Origin: Candidatus Krumholzibacteriota bacterium
GTDB lineage: Bacteria; Krumholzibacteriota; Krumholzibacteriia; JAJRXK01
Assembly (NCBI GenBank): GCA_024276305.1
Contig: JAJRXK010000019.1
Span: 43,294 to 107,293 of the forward strand
DNA: 64,000 nucleotides
Direction: 5' to 3'
Part shown: piece by piece, positions 47,274-57,975 of the stretch
Layout: every line of letters begins with the position of its first letter
How positions within the stretch are numbered: the stretch's first letter is position 1
Translations under genes and position numbers: made by a program
Notes under the pieces: generated by a model
Database searches by the model: none
What the model was told of the DNA's origin: nothing
What the model saw: only the letters and a program-made list of their open reading frames with translations

Positions 47274-50200
47274 ATGAAGAGATTCGTATCTCTGACGTTG
47301 TGCTTCGCTCTGGTCGCCTTTGCCGGTTCCGCACTGGCAAGGTCCGGCGCGAGCAGCACGATCGACCGGGATCTGAGCGACCTCGAATTCGCGATTCCGG
47401 ATGAGAACACAGTTCTGACGAGCTCGACCAGCGATGCTGCGTTGCGCTTCAAGGAAGCCGCTGGTCCGGATACGTTTGCCCTCTATGGGTACACGAATGA
47501 TCCGGTCAACGGTAAGTTCAATGACATCAACGGTGTCATCCCTCAATGGCAGGGCTGGATGGGCGTCGACATGACCGACGCGCTTCCGTTCTGGCAGGTC
47601 TCCACGTTCAATGCCGCGAATCTGAACAACCACGGCGCGGGGAACCTCGCGGCATGGTCCGGCCAGACCGCTGCTCAGCAGCCCGGTTGGGTCGCTGCTC
47701 CGGGTTATGGCAATGGCTGGAACGACATCCTGATCTTCGAAACCCCGGCGTTGTCCAACACCGTCGCGGGCCAGACGGTCGGGCTGGATTTCTTCTTCAA
47801 CCATGACTCCGAGCCCGGCTACGACTTCCTCAATGTCGAGTACGACTCGGCGGGGACGTGGGTCAACATCTACTCGGTTGACGGCGACAGCAAGGACACC
47901 ACCGGTGTCTTCGCGGCTCCGGGTGTGCAGTTCTCCGCCGTCGGCGGGTCGGTTGTCTACGGTGGCGGCGACTACGGCGGACCGAACAACGATCAGATCC
48001 GTCTGCGGATCCGTTTCCAGTCCGATGGTGCATGGTCCAATCAGGACGGTCTGTGGCCGACCAGCGGCGGTGCCGTCCAAGTCGATGACATCACTGTCAG
48101 CTGGAATGACGGCGTTGGTCCTCAGACGGCCTTCGAGGACTTCGAAAGCGGTGCCTTCACCGTTGCCACGGGTGCCTGGCACCCGCAGAAGTCGGTCTTC
48201 GCGGGCGACTTCGCGCAGATCCTCCCTCGCCTGAACGACATCGATCCCTGTCAGGAGGACATCACTCCTCTGCTGATGTTCATCGATCAGAATCAGGTCG
48301 TCGGGAATGCGTCCAGTGCCGCGTTGATTCCTGGTTATCCCACCCAGACCGGTGGTGCCACGTCGATCAACCCGTCCAACAGCTATGGGCCGGGTGGCTA
48401 CGTCGTGAACTTCAACGGTGGTCTGAGCCAGGGCCAGGTTCGTCTTTGGAACATGGCCTGGAGCCCGGAAATCACCTGGGATCTCCCGACCACGGCTGAT
48501 GACGGCGTGGACTTCGCGGGTGCGCGGATGCGTTTCGACGTGTGGCGTGACCTTCAGTTCATCGACGGAATGTTCTACTTCTGGCAGGTGCGTTCGAGCG
48601 TGGACGGCGTTGCTTGGAAGGATTGGGCGGACTTCAACACCGTGTACTACGGTGGCGGCGTCACGACCTGGTTGAACTCCGACAATGACATCACCCCGCT
48701 CCTCGAGCCCGGGCTGCAGAAGCTTCAGGTCTCGGTGGGTGTCTACGATCTGGCCGGAATCTTCCCGGGCACGATCGGTGATGATGCCTCTCCTTCGCCG
48801 GCCTTCGACAACATTGCGGTCATCAAGTACCGCATTTCGGGTCCGACGATCTCTCAGCGCGTTTTCTATCGGGTTCAGGACGGCTTCCCGGTTTCGGGTA
48901 GCATCGACGTGAGCACGCAGGCTGCGCGCGATGGTCTGGACATTCCGTTCAGCATGGCCAACGATGTCGCGACGGGATCCACGAATCCGGTCAACGACGC
49001 CGGTGACTCGACCTTCGCGGACATCCAAGCCGTGATTCCCGGGTCAGCCCTGACGGACATGCGGATGTTCTGGGTCCTCGACAAGAATCCTCTCTTCGAG
49101 GATGCCATCCGTACCGTTCCTGCGCGTGCGAAGGACGTGAACGTCGTTGCCGGCGCCACTCAGTGGACCGGTGAAGTGCTTCACGACACCACCACCACCA
49201 GCAATGGTAACGTCATCAAGGATCGTTATTTCTTCGATCTGCCGGATACCAACTTCATGTATCCCGGTGACGTGCTGCGGATCTACTACCAGGCCACGGA
49301 CGATGGTGGGCGAGTCACGACTCTGCCCAGCTCGACCACCGGATTCTTGACGGGCAATGGCTACAGCAGTGTCTTCACGGTTCGCGGTCTTCCGTCGATC
49401 TCCGATGTGGCTGGAACCCAGCCGCCGAAGCTGGTGCTGAATGACTTCGGTCATCGCGGCAGTGAGAACGATTTCCTCTCGGCTCTGGGCCAGTTGGGCT
49501 TCGTGGAGGGCGTCGACTACGACACCTACACCACGACCGCGCCTAGCTCCGGTCTGTCCAATGGAATCGGTTCGGCGGGTGTGCATGGTGCGAATGCGAA
49601 TCAGCTGGCCGGGTACGACACCATCGTGTACCTGATCGGCAACCTGAGCACCTTCATCCTCAGTGATGGTTCCAATAATGGTGGAAACGACAAGGCCAAC
49701 GACCTCGCCGTGCTCACTTCGTGGCATGGCCTGGCCGGTCCTCGTAACATGGTTCACTTCGGTGACAACGTTGTCAGCGGTCTGATCGCGGACAGCGCAG
49801 CGGGTGCGACCTATGTTGCGACGATTCTGAACACCAACCTCACCGACAACGATGTCCGGGACGAGATTGGCAATCAGACCGCGCCGCTGGTGAAGCCTCT
49901 GGACCCGGCCTTCGCGACCGAGTTCGTGGCCTATGGTGGCTGTCTCTCCATCAACCAGTTCGACAGCATCACTCCCGCTGCCGGCTCCATTGCCGGTCAT
50001 GGATTCTGGGATCCGGGGACGGCCAGTGTCTACGCTGGTCCCGCGGCTTCGGTGATCTATGATCGCCTCGAGCCCCCGACGACGGGTGATCGCAAGGTGG
50101 ACATGGTCTTCCCGTACAGCTTGGGCTTCGTCTACGATCCCCGTGCGAAGGCTGCTGGGAGCACGACCTCTGCCACCGAGCTGCTCCGCGAGATCTTCGA

Positions 50201-50528
50201 CTACTTCGCAGTTTCCAGTGGCGTTCCTGGTGGCGAGACCGCCGCGCCGAGTGCGAAGTTGATCTCGATGGATGTGTATCCGAACCCGTTCAACCCGCAG
50301 ACCACCGTCAAATTCGCCAACCTGCCGGCCAAGGCCAGCGGTTCGGTGAAGGTGTTCAACCTGCGCGGTGAGCTCGTGGCGACGCTGCACAGCGGCGAGT
50401 TCTCGAAGTCCTCGTTCGTCTGGAACGGTACCGACAACAACGGTTCCTCCGTGGCGAGCGGCGTCTACATGATCGAGGGTCAGGCCGACGGCTTCCGTCA
50501 GGTGGTCAAGGTCGCTCTCGTGAAGTAG
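47274..50528 (+). CDS. Large secreted surface protein (~1084 aa) with FlgD-Ig/T9SS-like C-terminal domain
   Basis: Signal peptide; DSEPGYDF..RIRFQSDG..VDDI jelly-roll-like motif; YPNPFNPQT..WNGTD..SGVY tail. Confidence 0.85.
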   Translation: MKRFVSLTLCFALVAFAGSALARSGASSTIDRDLSDLEFAIPDENTVLTSSTSDAALRFKEAAGPDTFALYGYTNDPVNGKFNDINGVIPQWQGWMGVDMTDALPFWQVSTFNAANLNNHGAGNLAAWSGQTAAQQPGWVAAPGYGNGWNDILIFETPALSNTVAGQTVGLDFFFNHDSEPGYDFLNVEYDSAGTWVNIYSVDGDSKDTTGVFAAPGVQFSAVGGSVVYGGGDYGGPNNDQIRLRIRFQSDGAWSNQDGLWPTSGGAVQVDDITVSWNDGVGPQTAFEDFESGAFTVATGAWHPQKSVFAGDFAQILPRLNDIDPCQEDITPLLMFIDQNQVVGNASSAALIPGYPTQTGGATSINPSNSYGPGGYVVNFNGGLSQGQVRLWNMAWSPEITWDLPTTADDGVDFAGARMRFDVWRDLQFIDGMFYFWQVRSSVDGVAWKDWADFNTVYYGGGVTTWLNSDNDITPLLEPGLQKLQVSVGVYDLAGIFPGTIGDDASPSPAFDNIAVIKYRISGPTISQRVFYRVQDGFPVSGSIDVSTQAARDGLDIPFSMANDVATGSTNPVNDAGDSTFADIQAVIPGSALTDMRMFWVLDKNPLFEDAIRTVPARAKDVNVVAGATQWTGEVLHDTTTTSNGNVIKDRYFFDLPDTNFMYPGDVLRIYYQATDDGGRVTTLPSSTTGFLTGNGYSSVFTVRGLPSISDVAGTQPPKLVLNDFGHRGSENDFLSALGQLGFVEGVDYDTYTTTAPSSGLSNGIGSAGVHGANANQLAGYDTIVYLIGNLSTFILSDGSNNGGNDKANDLAVLTSWHGLAGPRNMVHFGDNVVSGLIADSAAGATYVATILNTNLTDNDVRDEIGNQTAPLVKPLDPAFATEFVAYGGCLSINQFDSITPAAGSIAGHGFWDPGTASVYAGPAASVIYDRLEPPTTGDRKVDMVFPYSLGFVYDPRAKAAGSTTSATELLREIFDYFAVSSGVPGGETAAPSAKLISMDVYPNPFNPQTTVKFANLPAKASGSVKVFNLRGELVATLHSGEFSKSSFVWNGTDNNGSSVASGVYMIEGQADGFRQVVKVALVK

Positions 50529-50562
50529 AACTTCGTGCAATCTTGAATCTTCGGATTCGAGA

Positions 50563-50597
50563 GGGTCGGCGGGACTTAGGTCCCGCCGATTCCTTTT
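50563..50597 (+). terminator. Intrinsic terminator
   Basis: GGGTCGGCGGGAC-TTAG-GTCCCGCCGATTC-CTTTT. Confidence 0.8.
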
Positions 50598-50671
50598 GGC
50601 CGCGGGCGGAGGGATGGCATAAGTCCTTGTTCAAGTTGCGCTTTCCGGTCTGATTGGGGCGGGGGCAGGTG

Positions 50672-50701
50672 TTGACACTCCCCGTGGGCCACCCCTATAT
50701 T
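50672..50701 (+). promoter_or_regulatory. Sigma70-type promoter
   Basis: TTGACA-N18-TATATT. Confidence 0.55.
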
Positions 50702-50816
50702 TCGGTACCTCGCTCGGGATGATGTGGGGCCGGCCGACCGACCCCAGCGGGTTCGTGGGTCCGTTTTCTCGGATCATTTTGTCCTTTTCACCGACCTCAT
50801 GAAGGGGTCTCTTTTC

Positions 50817-52961
50817 ATGACACGTCGCAATGAATCCGTTTTGGCGTCCACCGCTCTGGCATTGCTGTTGGCGATGACGCTCCTCTACGGTTGCCGGGCC
50901 TTCGATCCCGAGCCGGTGATTCTGAATCGTCCCCCCGATACTTGGATCGTGGGCGCGCCGGCAGAGACCACCGGCGGGCGCTTTCAACGACATCTCTATT
51001 GGTTCGGAAGCGATGTAGACGGTCAGGTCGTTCAATACATTTATGCGATTACCGATTCGACGGTGCAGAAGCCGAACGACCCCGATGGATTGGACGAAGA
51101 GAACGAGCGATTCAATCCGGCTCTGGACGTGACCACTCTCATCGACAATGCCGAGCGCAAAGTGGGGTGGACCACGAAGTCCGATTCCGTCTTCACCTTC
51201 GTTGTGGATCGCGGATCGGTGACCGCCAAGGATGTCACCTTCCACATCGTGGCCGTGGATGATCGGGGAGCGATCGATCGCACTCCGGCCCGGCTGCATT
51301 TTTTCGACAACAGTCTCGGAAATCCGGAGATTCGCTTCGAGCTCTATATCGACGAGGGCCCCGGAGGCACGGCGCCGCCGGAGTGGAAGCTCCACTGGGT
51401 TGGCAGTCGCGACCAGGTCGACCTCGCGGCATCTCCTGAGTCCTCCTCTCGGCCTTTCATCGGCTTCGGTCGGCGCTTTCGTTTGACCTGGGATGCCAGC
51501 TCTCCCAATGGCCCCATCGTGGGCTATCGATTCAAGGCGACCCAGGATGATGGTGGTTTCACTCCTCCGGCGGTGGAGGGGCGCAAACAGTGGGATCTGG
51601 GTCTCACCGAAATGGTCTATCAGAATGACCGTCCCCCTTCCACGTTGCCCGCGGCCTGTGATTCCGTGACCGCGGTGGGCTGCTCGCCGGACGAGGTGCG
51701 CTTCAGTTCGGGGAACTACGTCTTGAGTGTGGAGGCCTTGGATGCGGCGCTCGTGGAATCGGCGCCCGGCGCGGGGGAGATCAGCTTCGAGGTCAACTAT
51801 CCGCCGGAGACGATGCTCTTCCGAGGGCAGGATGATGTGGGCGAGGTCTGGCCGCGCTTCGAGCTGCGCGATGCCAATTGGAACCTCCTCAGCGAGAGCA
51901 GTTTCTCCGATGGCGATACCGTTCCCGCGGGAGCCTATGTGAAGTTCCGCTCATCGGGCTTCGATCGAGTTCCGGCCTTCGCGGGGGCTCAGTTCGATTC
52001 GTTTTGCTGCGACGAGGTGCTCGATCCCTCGGCGAGTGAAGTTCGTTACCAGGCGAGGCTCGATCTCGTGGCGTTCGACGGAAGACGGAATCTGCGGTTC
52101 AGCAATGTTTTCTCCACGCCGGATGTCTCGGACAGCATCGGCTTCGTGACCGGACCCTTCGAATACAGTCTCAAGTCCCGCACCGTCGACGAGCACCGAC
52201 GTCCCGACCCGAGCTCCGACGAGCTGCATTTCGTAGCCGGTTATCCCCCTCTGGTCACCAGTATCGGTCCCGCGACGGGGGACACCATCGTGTTTCGAGC
52301 TCCGGTGACCGCGGATCGGTGGCCGGAGAACGAGTATCCCTACACGGTTTCGTCTTCGGTCAGCAAGTGGTGGGACGGGCGGCAGTACTTGGACACGGAT
52401 TGCGGGGCTGCCTGCAGTCGGGTGTTGGGGAATATCTACACCATTCGCCCGCGCTTCGAAGGGCAGGGAGATCCTCGGGAGGCAGCCACTGCCGTTCGGG
52501 CCTGGACCTATTCGGCCCATTCGGAGAACGATCCGGAGAATGTCATCGGAGATGGCCCTGGGGAGAGCCCGGATTTGAGCTTCTACAACGACTCGCCGCT
52601 GCCGAATGTGTGGGATTTCACCGAGGCGGAGGGCTTCCAGATCTTTGTGCCCTTCCAGATCTGGTTCCAGCCGGACCAATTCGATCCGGCCGGACTGGCC
52701 ACCGAGGCCACGAAGCAAGGGGCGGAGTTGCGCCGTTCTCTCGGCGAGATAACATTGCGGGTGCGTGCGCGAACCACGAGCTTGGGCGACGACTATGACC
52801 TCTACCAGAACACCCGGCCCGAAGAGGGTGCCAATGCTCAGACGATCGATATCGCCCGCTTCGGGCGCCGGAGCGCGATCGCGGAGGTGAAGTACCATGT
52901 CCTACTAGGCATCGACGACGCCTTCACCGGATCCATTCAACGCTACTGGCCGGACTTCTGA
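50817..52961 (+). CDS. Large lipoprotein with Ig/FN3-like repeats, function unknown
   Basis: LYGC lipobox; NRPPDT..W.G.D.DG..F.I.AVD..G..D.TPA module. Confidence 0.75.
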   Translation: MTRRNESVLASTALALLLAMTLLYGCRAFDPEPVILNRPPDTWIVGAPAETTGGRFQRHLYWFGSDVDGQVVQYIYAITDSTVQKPNDPDGLDEENERFNPALDVTTLIDNAERKVGWTTKSDSVFTFVVDRGSVTAKDVTFHIVAVDDRGAIDRTPARLHFFDNSLGNPEIRFELYIDEGPGGTAPPEWKLHWVGSRDQVDLAASPESSSRPFIGFGRRFRLTWDASSPNGPIVGYRFKATQDDGGFTPPAVEGRKQWDLGLTEMVYQNDRPPSTLPAACDSVTAVGCSPDEVRFSSGNYVLSVEALDAALVESAPGAGEISFEVNYPPETMLFRGQDDVGEVWPRFELRDANWNLLSESSFSDGDTVPAGAYVKFRSSGFDRVPAFAGAQFDSFCCDEVLDPSASEVRYQARLDLVAFDGRRNLRFSNVFSTPDVSDSIGFVTGPFEYSLKSRTVDEHRRPDPSSDELHFVAGYPPLVTSIGPATGDTIVFRAPVTADRWPENEYPYTVSSSVSKWWDGRQYLDTDCGAACSRVLGNIYTIRPRFEGQGDPREAATAVRAWTYSAHSENDPENVIGDGPGESPDLSFYNDSPLPNVWDFTEAEGFQIFVPFQIWFQPDQFDPAGLATEATKQGAELRRSLGEITLRVRARTTSLGDDYDLYQNTRPEEGANAQTIDIARFGRRSAIAEVKYHVLLGIDDAFTGSIQRYWPDF

Positions 52962-53055
52962 GTCGGGGATCACCATGGGAAACGATCGGCAGTCGAGCAC
53001 ATTACTCCCCCTAGCATCGCCAGGTGACGTCGTTGGACGGAACAAGAGGTGGATC

Positions 53056-55404
53056 ATGAAAATTCTGAAGCCGATGCTCTGGGTGATGATCCTGGGAGCG
53101 GGCCTGGCGGGTTGCGGCGACGAGCCCATTCAGGGGGACTTCGTGAGCAATCAGCCACCGGAGACGGATGTGACCTCCACTCCGCCGGTGTTCGGGCAGA
53201 CGAGCTTCACGGTCTCCTTCTCTTGGAAGGGTCGAGATCCCGACAGCGAGATTGCCGGATTCGAATGGCGGATCAGCAACAATGGCGCGGATGGGATCGT
53301 CGACCAAGCGGACACCTTGGAATCCATTCTGCCCTGGAGTTTCACGACCGCCGCAGAGTCCACCTTCGTGGTTTCGGCCGAGAACGATTCTTTCTCCATG
53401 GACACTTCCGACCCGCGCCAGGGTCCTGATGACTATCGCTTTTGGCAGACCCATACCTTCTTCATCCGTGCCGTCGACAATGAGGGCATGAAGGATCCGA
53501 CTCCGGCGATGGTGAGTTTCACCGCGACCACCCTCTCTCCGACCATCTCGATCGACGTGCCCGTCGCTTCGGCCTTCAACAGTTGCGTTTCCGCAGCGCG
53601 GGTGCTCACCTTCGGTTGGACGGCGGTCGACCCCGATGTCGCAAGCAATGAACCTGCGGAGGTGCGCTATCTCCTCAAGCGAGTGGGGGGAGCGGCGGAC
53701 GATTGTCTGACCCAGGTTGGTTACGAAGCTACGAGTCCGATTCGCAATGACGATCCTGGGTGGAGCGATTGGGTCGCCTACGACGCTGCCGATGACAGTG
53801 GCAAGACGGTCACCTTGCCCAAGCAGAGGGTGGGGGACTCCTTCCTCTTCGCGGTGCAGGCGAGGGACCTCGCGGGGGCGGTGACTCCGACCTTCACCTG
53901 GGACAAGAATGTCCGGCACGTCCGGATCGGAGTCGACAAATTCCCCTTGTTGCTGGTCACCGAGAGGTTCCTGGGGGGCGATTCCTTCGTTTCGGTCAAC
54001 AAGATCAAGGCCTTCGACATCGTCCAGGGGCAAGAGCTTCGTTTCGAATGGTCGGCCGACGCCTCGACCTACGCAGGGGTCATCGACGCCTTTCGCTACG
54101 GTTGGGATGTTGCGGACCCGGAAGACGAGAACGATCCGGGGTGGGCGGTGGCCTGGGGATTGGGGGCCAATTGGAAGCAGGCCCAACCCCGGAGCTTCCT
54201 GCAGGGATCGCACAACTTCATCGTTCAGTGTCGCGACAATTCGGGGACGATCAGTCGGGCTCTGTACCAGCTCCAAGTGATTCAGATCGCGACCCGGGCG
54301 GAACAGCGATCGGTTCTGCTCATCGACGACTGGAAGGACATCGGAGCCGTGAGCGAAGCCCTCGACGACCAGTGGGATCGTCGGTGGAAAGAGCACCTGC
54401 TCAAGGTCGCGGGATTCCAGGATTCGGACATCATCGATGCGCAGACCACTCGAGCCCGGGTCAAGTTCGCGACCCTGAATGAGTACAAGTCTGTGGTGTG
54501 GTTCACCAACTCCGGGGAAGAGTCCTTCTTCCACACCACCTTTGCTCCGCTGAACACTCGAACCCCTCAGTTCAATTGGCTGGAGGTCTACCAGGGACAG
54601 GTGGGCAATCTCCTGCTGGTCGGGCCAGGCGCCGTGTTCAACAGCATCGAGCGCGGGCCACCCTCCTGGCAGTTCCCGGTGGTCTTCAATGTCTCGAATG
54701 GCGGCGAACTCGGTTTCGGGGAAGAGACGAGGCCTGACGGTACGAAGTTCAATCGGGGAACCATTCGCTATCCCTATACTGCCTGGTGCCTGGAGGCGGT
54801 GGACATCGTCCGACCTTCGTTCACCAAGATCTTCGGCGAAGCGCCGGGGCGAGCGGTGCGTCGGAAGGCCTGCTCGGGAATCTATCGGGCTCGCTTGGAT
54901 GATGTTTTCCTGGCTCAGAACGGGGACGCGGTCGGGAGTGGGGTGACGGATCTGCAACCAAGTGGGGATCGGAAGGCCGAGAACACGAATCTGCAGCTTC
55001 CCTTCGAGGAGTTCTACAACGTCAATCTCACCTCTCGGTCCTTGAACATCAGTCTGCGTTCTTGTCAGACCGCCATGTTCCGGGCGGAAGCGCGAGTGGA
55101 TGCGCAGGATCCCGAGCCCACGGAGACGACTCCGGGAGTCTTCGTGGTGCCCGTCCTCTCGGGTTGTGGCCTGAACGATGGGGCGAAGTTCAACCGCGCG
55201 ACCGCCGGTCCGACGGACAATGCGTCGGGGGTCACGGGAGCTCCGATTGGCGTGGTCAGCACCGTCTATTCGGCGGAGAAACTCCTCCCCGGTTCCGAGG
55301 ACTTTCTCTGGGGATTCAACCCCATGGGTTTCGATGACGATCAGGTGCGCGCCGCAATCCGGTGGATCATCCGCTCGAAGTGGGAGATCAGCGTTCAGCG
55401 ATGA
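53056..55404 (+). CDS. Large lipoprotein sharing an N-terminal module with the upstream gene
   Basis: GAGG RBS; LAGC lipobox; NQPPET..W.G.DPD..F.IRAVD..G..DPTPA module. Confidence 0.78.
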   Translation: MKILKPMLWVMILGAGLAGCGDEPIQGDFVSNQPPETDVTSTPPVFGQTSFTVSFSWKGRDPDSEIAGFEWRISNNGADGIVDQADTLESILPWSFTTAAESTFVVSAENDSFSMDTSDPRQGPDDYRFWQTHTFFIRAVDNEGMKDPTPAMVSFTATTLSPTISIDVPVASAFNSCVSAARVLTFGWTAVDPDVASNEPAEVRYLLKRVGGAADDCLTQVGYEATSPIRNDDPGWSDWVAYDAADDSGKTVTLPKQRVGDSFLFAVQARDLAGAVTPTFTWDKNVRHVRIGVDKFPLLLVTERFLGGDSFVSVNKIKAFDIVQGQELRFEWSADASTYAGVIDAFRYGWDVADPEDENDPGWAVAWGLGANWKQAQPRSFLQGSHNFIVQCRDNSGTISRALYQLQVIQIATRAEQRSVLLIDDWKDIGAVSEALDDQWDRRWKEHLLKVAGFQDSDIIDAQTTRARVKFATLNEYKSVVWFTNSGEESFFHTTFAPLNTRTPQFNWLEVYQGQVGNLLLVGPGAVFNSIERGPPSWQFPVVFNVSNGGELGFGEETRPDGTKFNRGTIRYPYTAWCLEAVDIVRPSFTKIFGEAPGRAVRRKACSGIYRARLDDVFLAQNGDAVGSGVTDLQPSGDRKAENTNLQLPFEEFYNVNLTSRSLNISLRSCQTAMFRAEARVDAQDPEPTETTPGVFVVPVLSGCGLNDGAKFNRATAGPTDNASGVTGAPIGVVSTVYSAEKLLPGSEDFLWGFNPMGFDDDQVRAAIRWIIRSKWEISVQR

Positions 55405-57851
55405 ACGGGTTCCTTGACGCCGCGAGGCGAGGAGTGTCGATGAGGGCGATGATTTGTGCAAAGGTCAGGCTCGAAGTGATGTCACTGGTCTTGGTCCTTC
55501 TGAGCGCGAACGCGGGAGTGGTTCGAGCGCAATTCGAGGCGTGCGGCGATACTCTGGCGTTGGTTTCGCCACGGGGATTGGAAATCAACTTCGTCGAATC
55601 GCCGGTGAGAGGGAATCAGCTCTGGTGGCCGGCTCTGAGTGCGGAGGATGCCTCCTGCTTCCGCACGGAGGTTCCGGCGGGACTCCAGGCCGAGGTGGAG
55701 CCGGTGGTATCGGGCAGCTACGCGGAGTTCAACGATCGTCAGATCCGATTGACCGCATCCACCGGGGGGCAAATCGGGAGCAAGACTCAGCTGTCGGTGA
55801 AGTTGGCCCTGGAGAGCAGCCCGCCGAATCCCGCGGTTCCTTCGCTGGCCGCGACCATGAACTTGAGTGGGGCCGGCGGCATTTTCTTGGCGGATATCGG
55901 GGCCAATTCCGTCATCCAACGCAATGATGGCGTTCCCGAGCATCTGGTCTCGGTCGATGTCACCGCGATGACCGCAGTCTCCGTCGTCGGGGGAGGGATT
56001 CGAGTCTACGCCGCGGTCACCGGAGTGCCGGTGTTGCGCAGCGATGATGGCGGACAGACTTGGTTCGAACCTCTTCTGGGTGGCGAAAGCCCGATTGCCA
56101 ATCAGAGCGTCGACATCGCGGTCTCGCCTTCGAATCCGGATCTGGTGTTCCTGGCCACTCCACGCGACGGCCTGCTGCGCAGCGATGACGGGGGGCAGAC
56201 CTGGGCCGCGGCAGATGCGGCGATTCGCGATCTATCCTTGACCGACCGAGCGCTCCTCGTCGCGTACCTCTCTGTCGACGTGGGCGGGCAGTTGCGGGAC
56301 CGGCTCTACCTTTCCCTGCGCGGGAAGGGGCTCTTTTTCAGTGATGACGACGCGACGACCTGGCAGAGAGTGGACAACCTGCTGGTCCCGGCGATTGTGG
56401 GAGGAGCGGTGAACTGCGCGGCTCCGGCGACGCAGCCTCCCGATGTCGAGTCGATCGTGGTGAGTCCGACGGATTCCCGAACACTCTATGTGGGGCTCCG
56501 AAACTGGGGGGTGTACCGGGGAACGTCGGCGCATGACGCTTGGGTTCCCGCCTTCGACGGGATGGTGGCCTGTCAGACCGGGATTCAGCAGGGTGCTGCC
56601 GCCAGCGTGAACAGCCTGGTCGTGACTCCGGATCAAGTGGGGGGGCAGGATGTCCTCTTTGCGGGCACCGAATTCCGCGGCATCTTCGTCTCCACCGACG
56701 GGGCTGCGAATTGGAGCGACATCAGTCAGACCGCGGCCTATCCCATCGACGCGGACAGCCTGTTCGTTCCGGTCACGGCTCTGGCCTCGGATCCGACCGG
56801 AACCCAGGCCGTCGTGGCCGCCTTCGATGGAGCGGGCCTTCAACGTTGGTCGCAGGTGTTGGGGGATTGGGTGCCTTTCGACGGGGCCGGCGGCCTGACC
56901 AATCCTCGCATCGCGGATCTGCTACTGCTGCCGGGAACGGGGACGATGTTGGTGGCTTCGGTAGGCGGCGGAGTCTACGAGCCCGGAGACGAGATCGCTC
57001 TTTCGAAAGTTCTGGCTTCGACGGGTGTGGACGTTGGCCTCTCCCTGCGTTTCGACCGGAGAGGAGTGCTCAATCAGGGAGACTCCTTCGACATTCTGGC
57101 TCAGACATTTCAAGCCTATGCAGTGTGGCGGGCGCTCTCCACCAATCTCGTGACCGGAGAGCCGAATTGGCAAATGATCGGCCTCTACGATCTGACCAAT
57201 CCGGAGTTCTGCTCCTTCGACCCTTGTGATTCTCCCAGTCAGACGATTCTTCCCGGGTGTTTCGCAGACAAGAGAGCGAATTGCTTCAAAGTGCAGTCCA
57301 ACAATGGGGAGCTCCAGTGGGGCTTCTTCGATGCCGACGTGTTCAACGGCTTCACCTATCACTACGCGGTCTCCACCCTCGACTACGGATTCGCCGGAAA
57401 CACGGCGCCTCGGGTCTTCGACGGCGATTTCCTGTTCAGCCCGAGGCACCCCTCCGAGTCGAATCACCAAGCGGCCTTGTTCCTTTCGGTGCGTCCGGAA
57501 AACTGGGCCTATCGGGTGTTCGAAACCAACGTAGCGGTGCGGACCGGGCTCGGAGATGTCTTTGCCGTCCCCAATCCTCTGCAGCGTCGGGGTTCGTGGG
57601 ACCTTGCACCGGGTCAGGCGACGGTCCGTTTTCGCAACGTGAGTGAGTCGTCGAAGATCCAGATCTACACTCTGGCCGGCGATCTGGTGCGGGAATTGGA
57701 GAATGTCGTGACTGGAGGCGAGGAGCGCGGAAACATCGAATGGGATACGCGCAACGGAGAAGGGAACGAGGTCGCGAGTGGCGTGTACATCTACCGGGTC
57801 ACAGATGCGACCGGTGCGGAATTCGTGAGTAAGGTTACGATCATTCGTTGA
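55401..57851 (+). CDS. Secreted BNR/Asp-box beta-propeller protein with T9SS-like C-terminal domain
   Basis: RSDDGGQTW twice, SDDDATTW and STDGAANW repeats; VPNP..IYTLAGDLV..WD.RN..VASGVY tail. Start uncertain. Confidence 0.8.
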   Translation: MNGFLDAARRGVSMRAMICAKVRLEVMSLVLVLLSANAGVVRAQFEACGDTLALVSPRGLEINFVESPVRGNQLWWPALSAEDASCFRTEVPAGLQAEVEPVVSGSYAEFNDRQIRLTASTGGQIGSKTQLSVKLALESSPPNPAVPSLAATMNLSGAGGIFLADIGANSVIQRNDGVPEHLVSVDVTAMTAVSVVGGGIRVYAAVTGVPVLRSDDGGQTWFEPLLGGESPIANQSVDIAVSPSNPDLVFLATPRDGLLRSDDGGQTWAAADAAIRDLSLTDRALLVAYLSVDVGGQLRDRLYLSLRGKGLFFSDDDATTWQRVDNLLVPAIVGGAVNCAAPATQPPDVESIVVSPTDSRTLYVGLRNWGVYRGTSAHDAWVPAFDGMVACQTGIQQGAAASVNSLVVTPDQVGGQDVLFAGTEFRGIFVSTDGAANWSDISQTAAYPIDADSLFVPVTALASDPTGTQAVVAAFDGAGLQRWSQVLGDWVPFDGAGGLTNPRIADLLLLPGTGTMLVASVGGGVYEPGDEIALSKVLASTGVDVGLSLRFDRRGVLNQGDSFDILAQTFQAYAVWRALSTNLVTGEPNWQMIGLYDLTNPEFCSFDPCDSPSQTILPGCFADKRANCFKVQSNNGELQWGFFDADVFNGFTYHYAVSTLDYGFAGNTAPRVFDGDFLFSPRHPSESNHQAALFLSVRPENWAYRVFETNVAVRTGLGDVFAVPNPLQRRGSWDLAPGQATVRFRNVSESSKIQIYTLAGDLVRELENVVTGGEERGNIEWDTRNGEGNEVASGVYIYRVTDATGAEFVSKVTIIR

Positions 57852-57975
57852 GGCGCGGGGTGCCATCGGATCTCGGGCACCCCTCGCGAACATCATCAGA
57901 AGCGAGCGCCGGCAGATGTGTCGGCGCGTTCGCGTGTGAAGAGGCCAGCCGGCCGCAATGTGAAGAAGGTGGACC

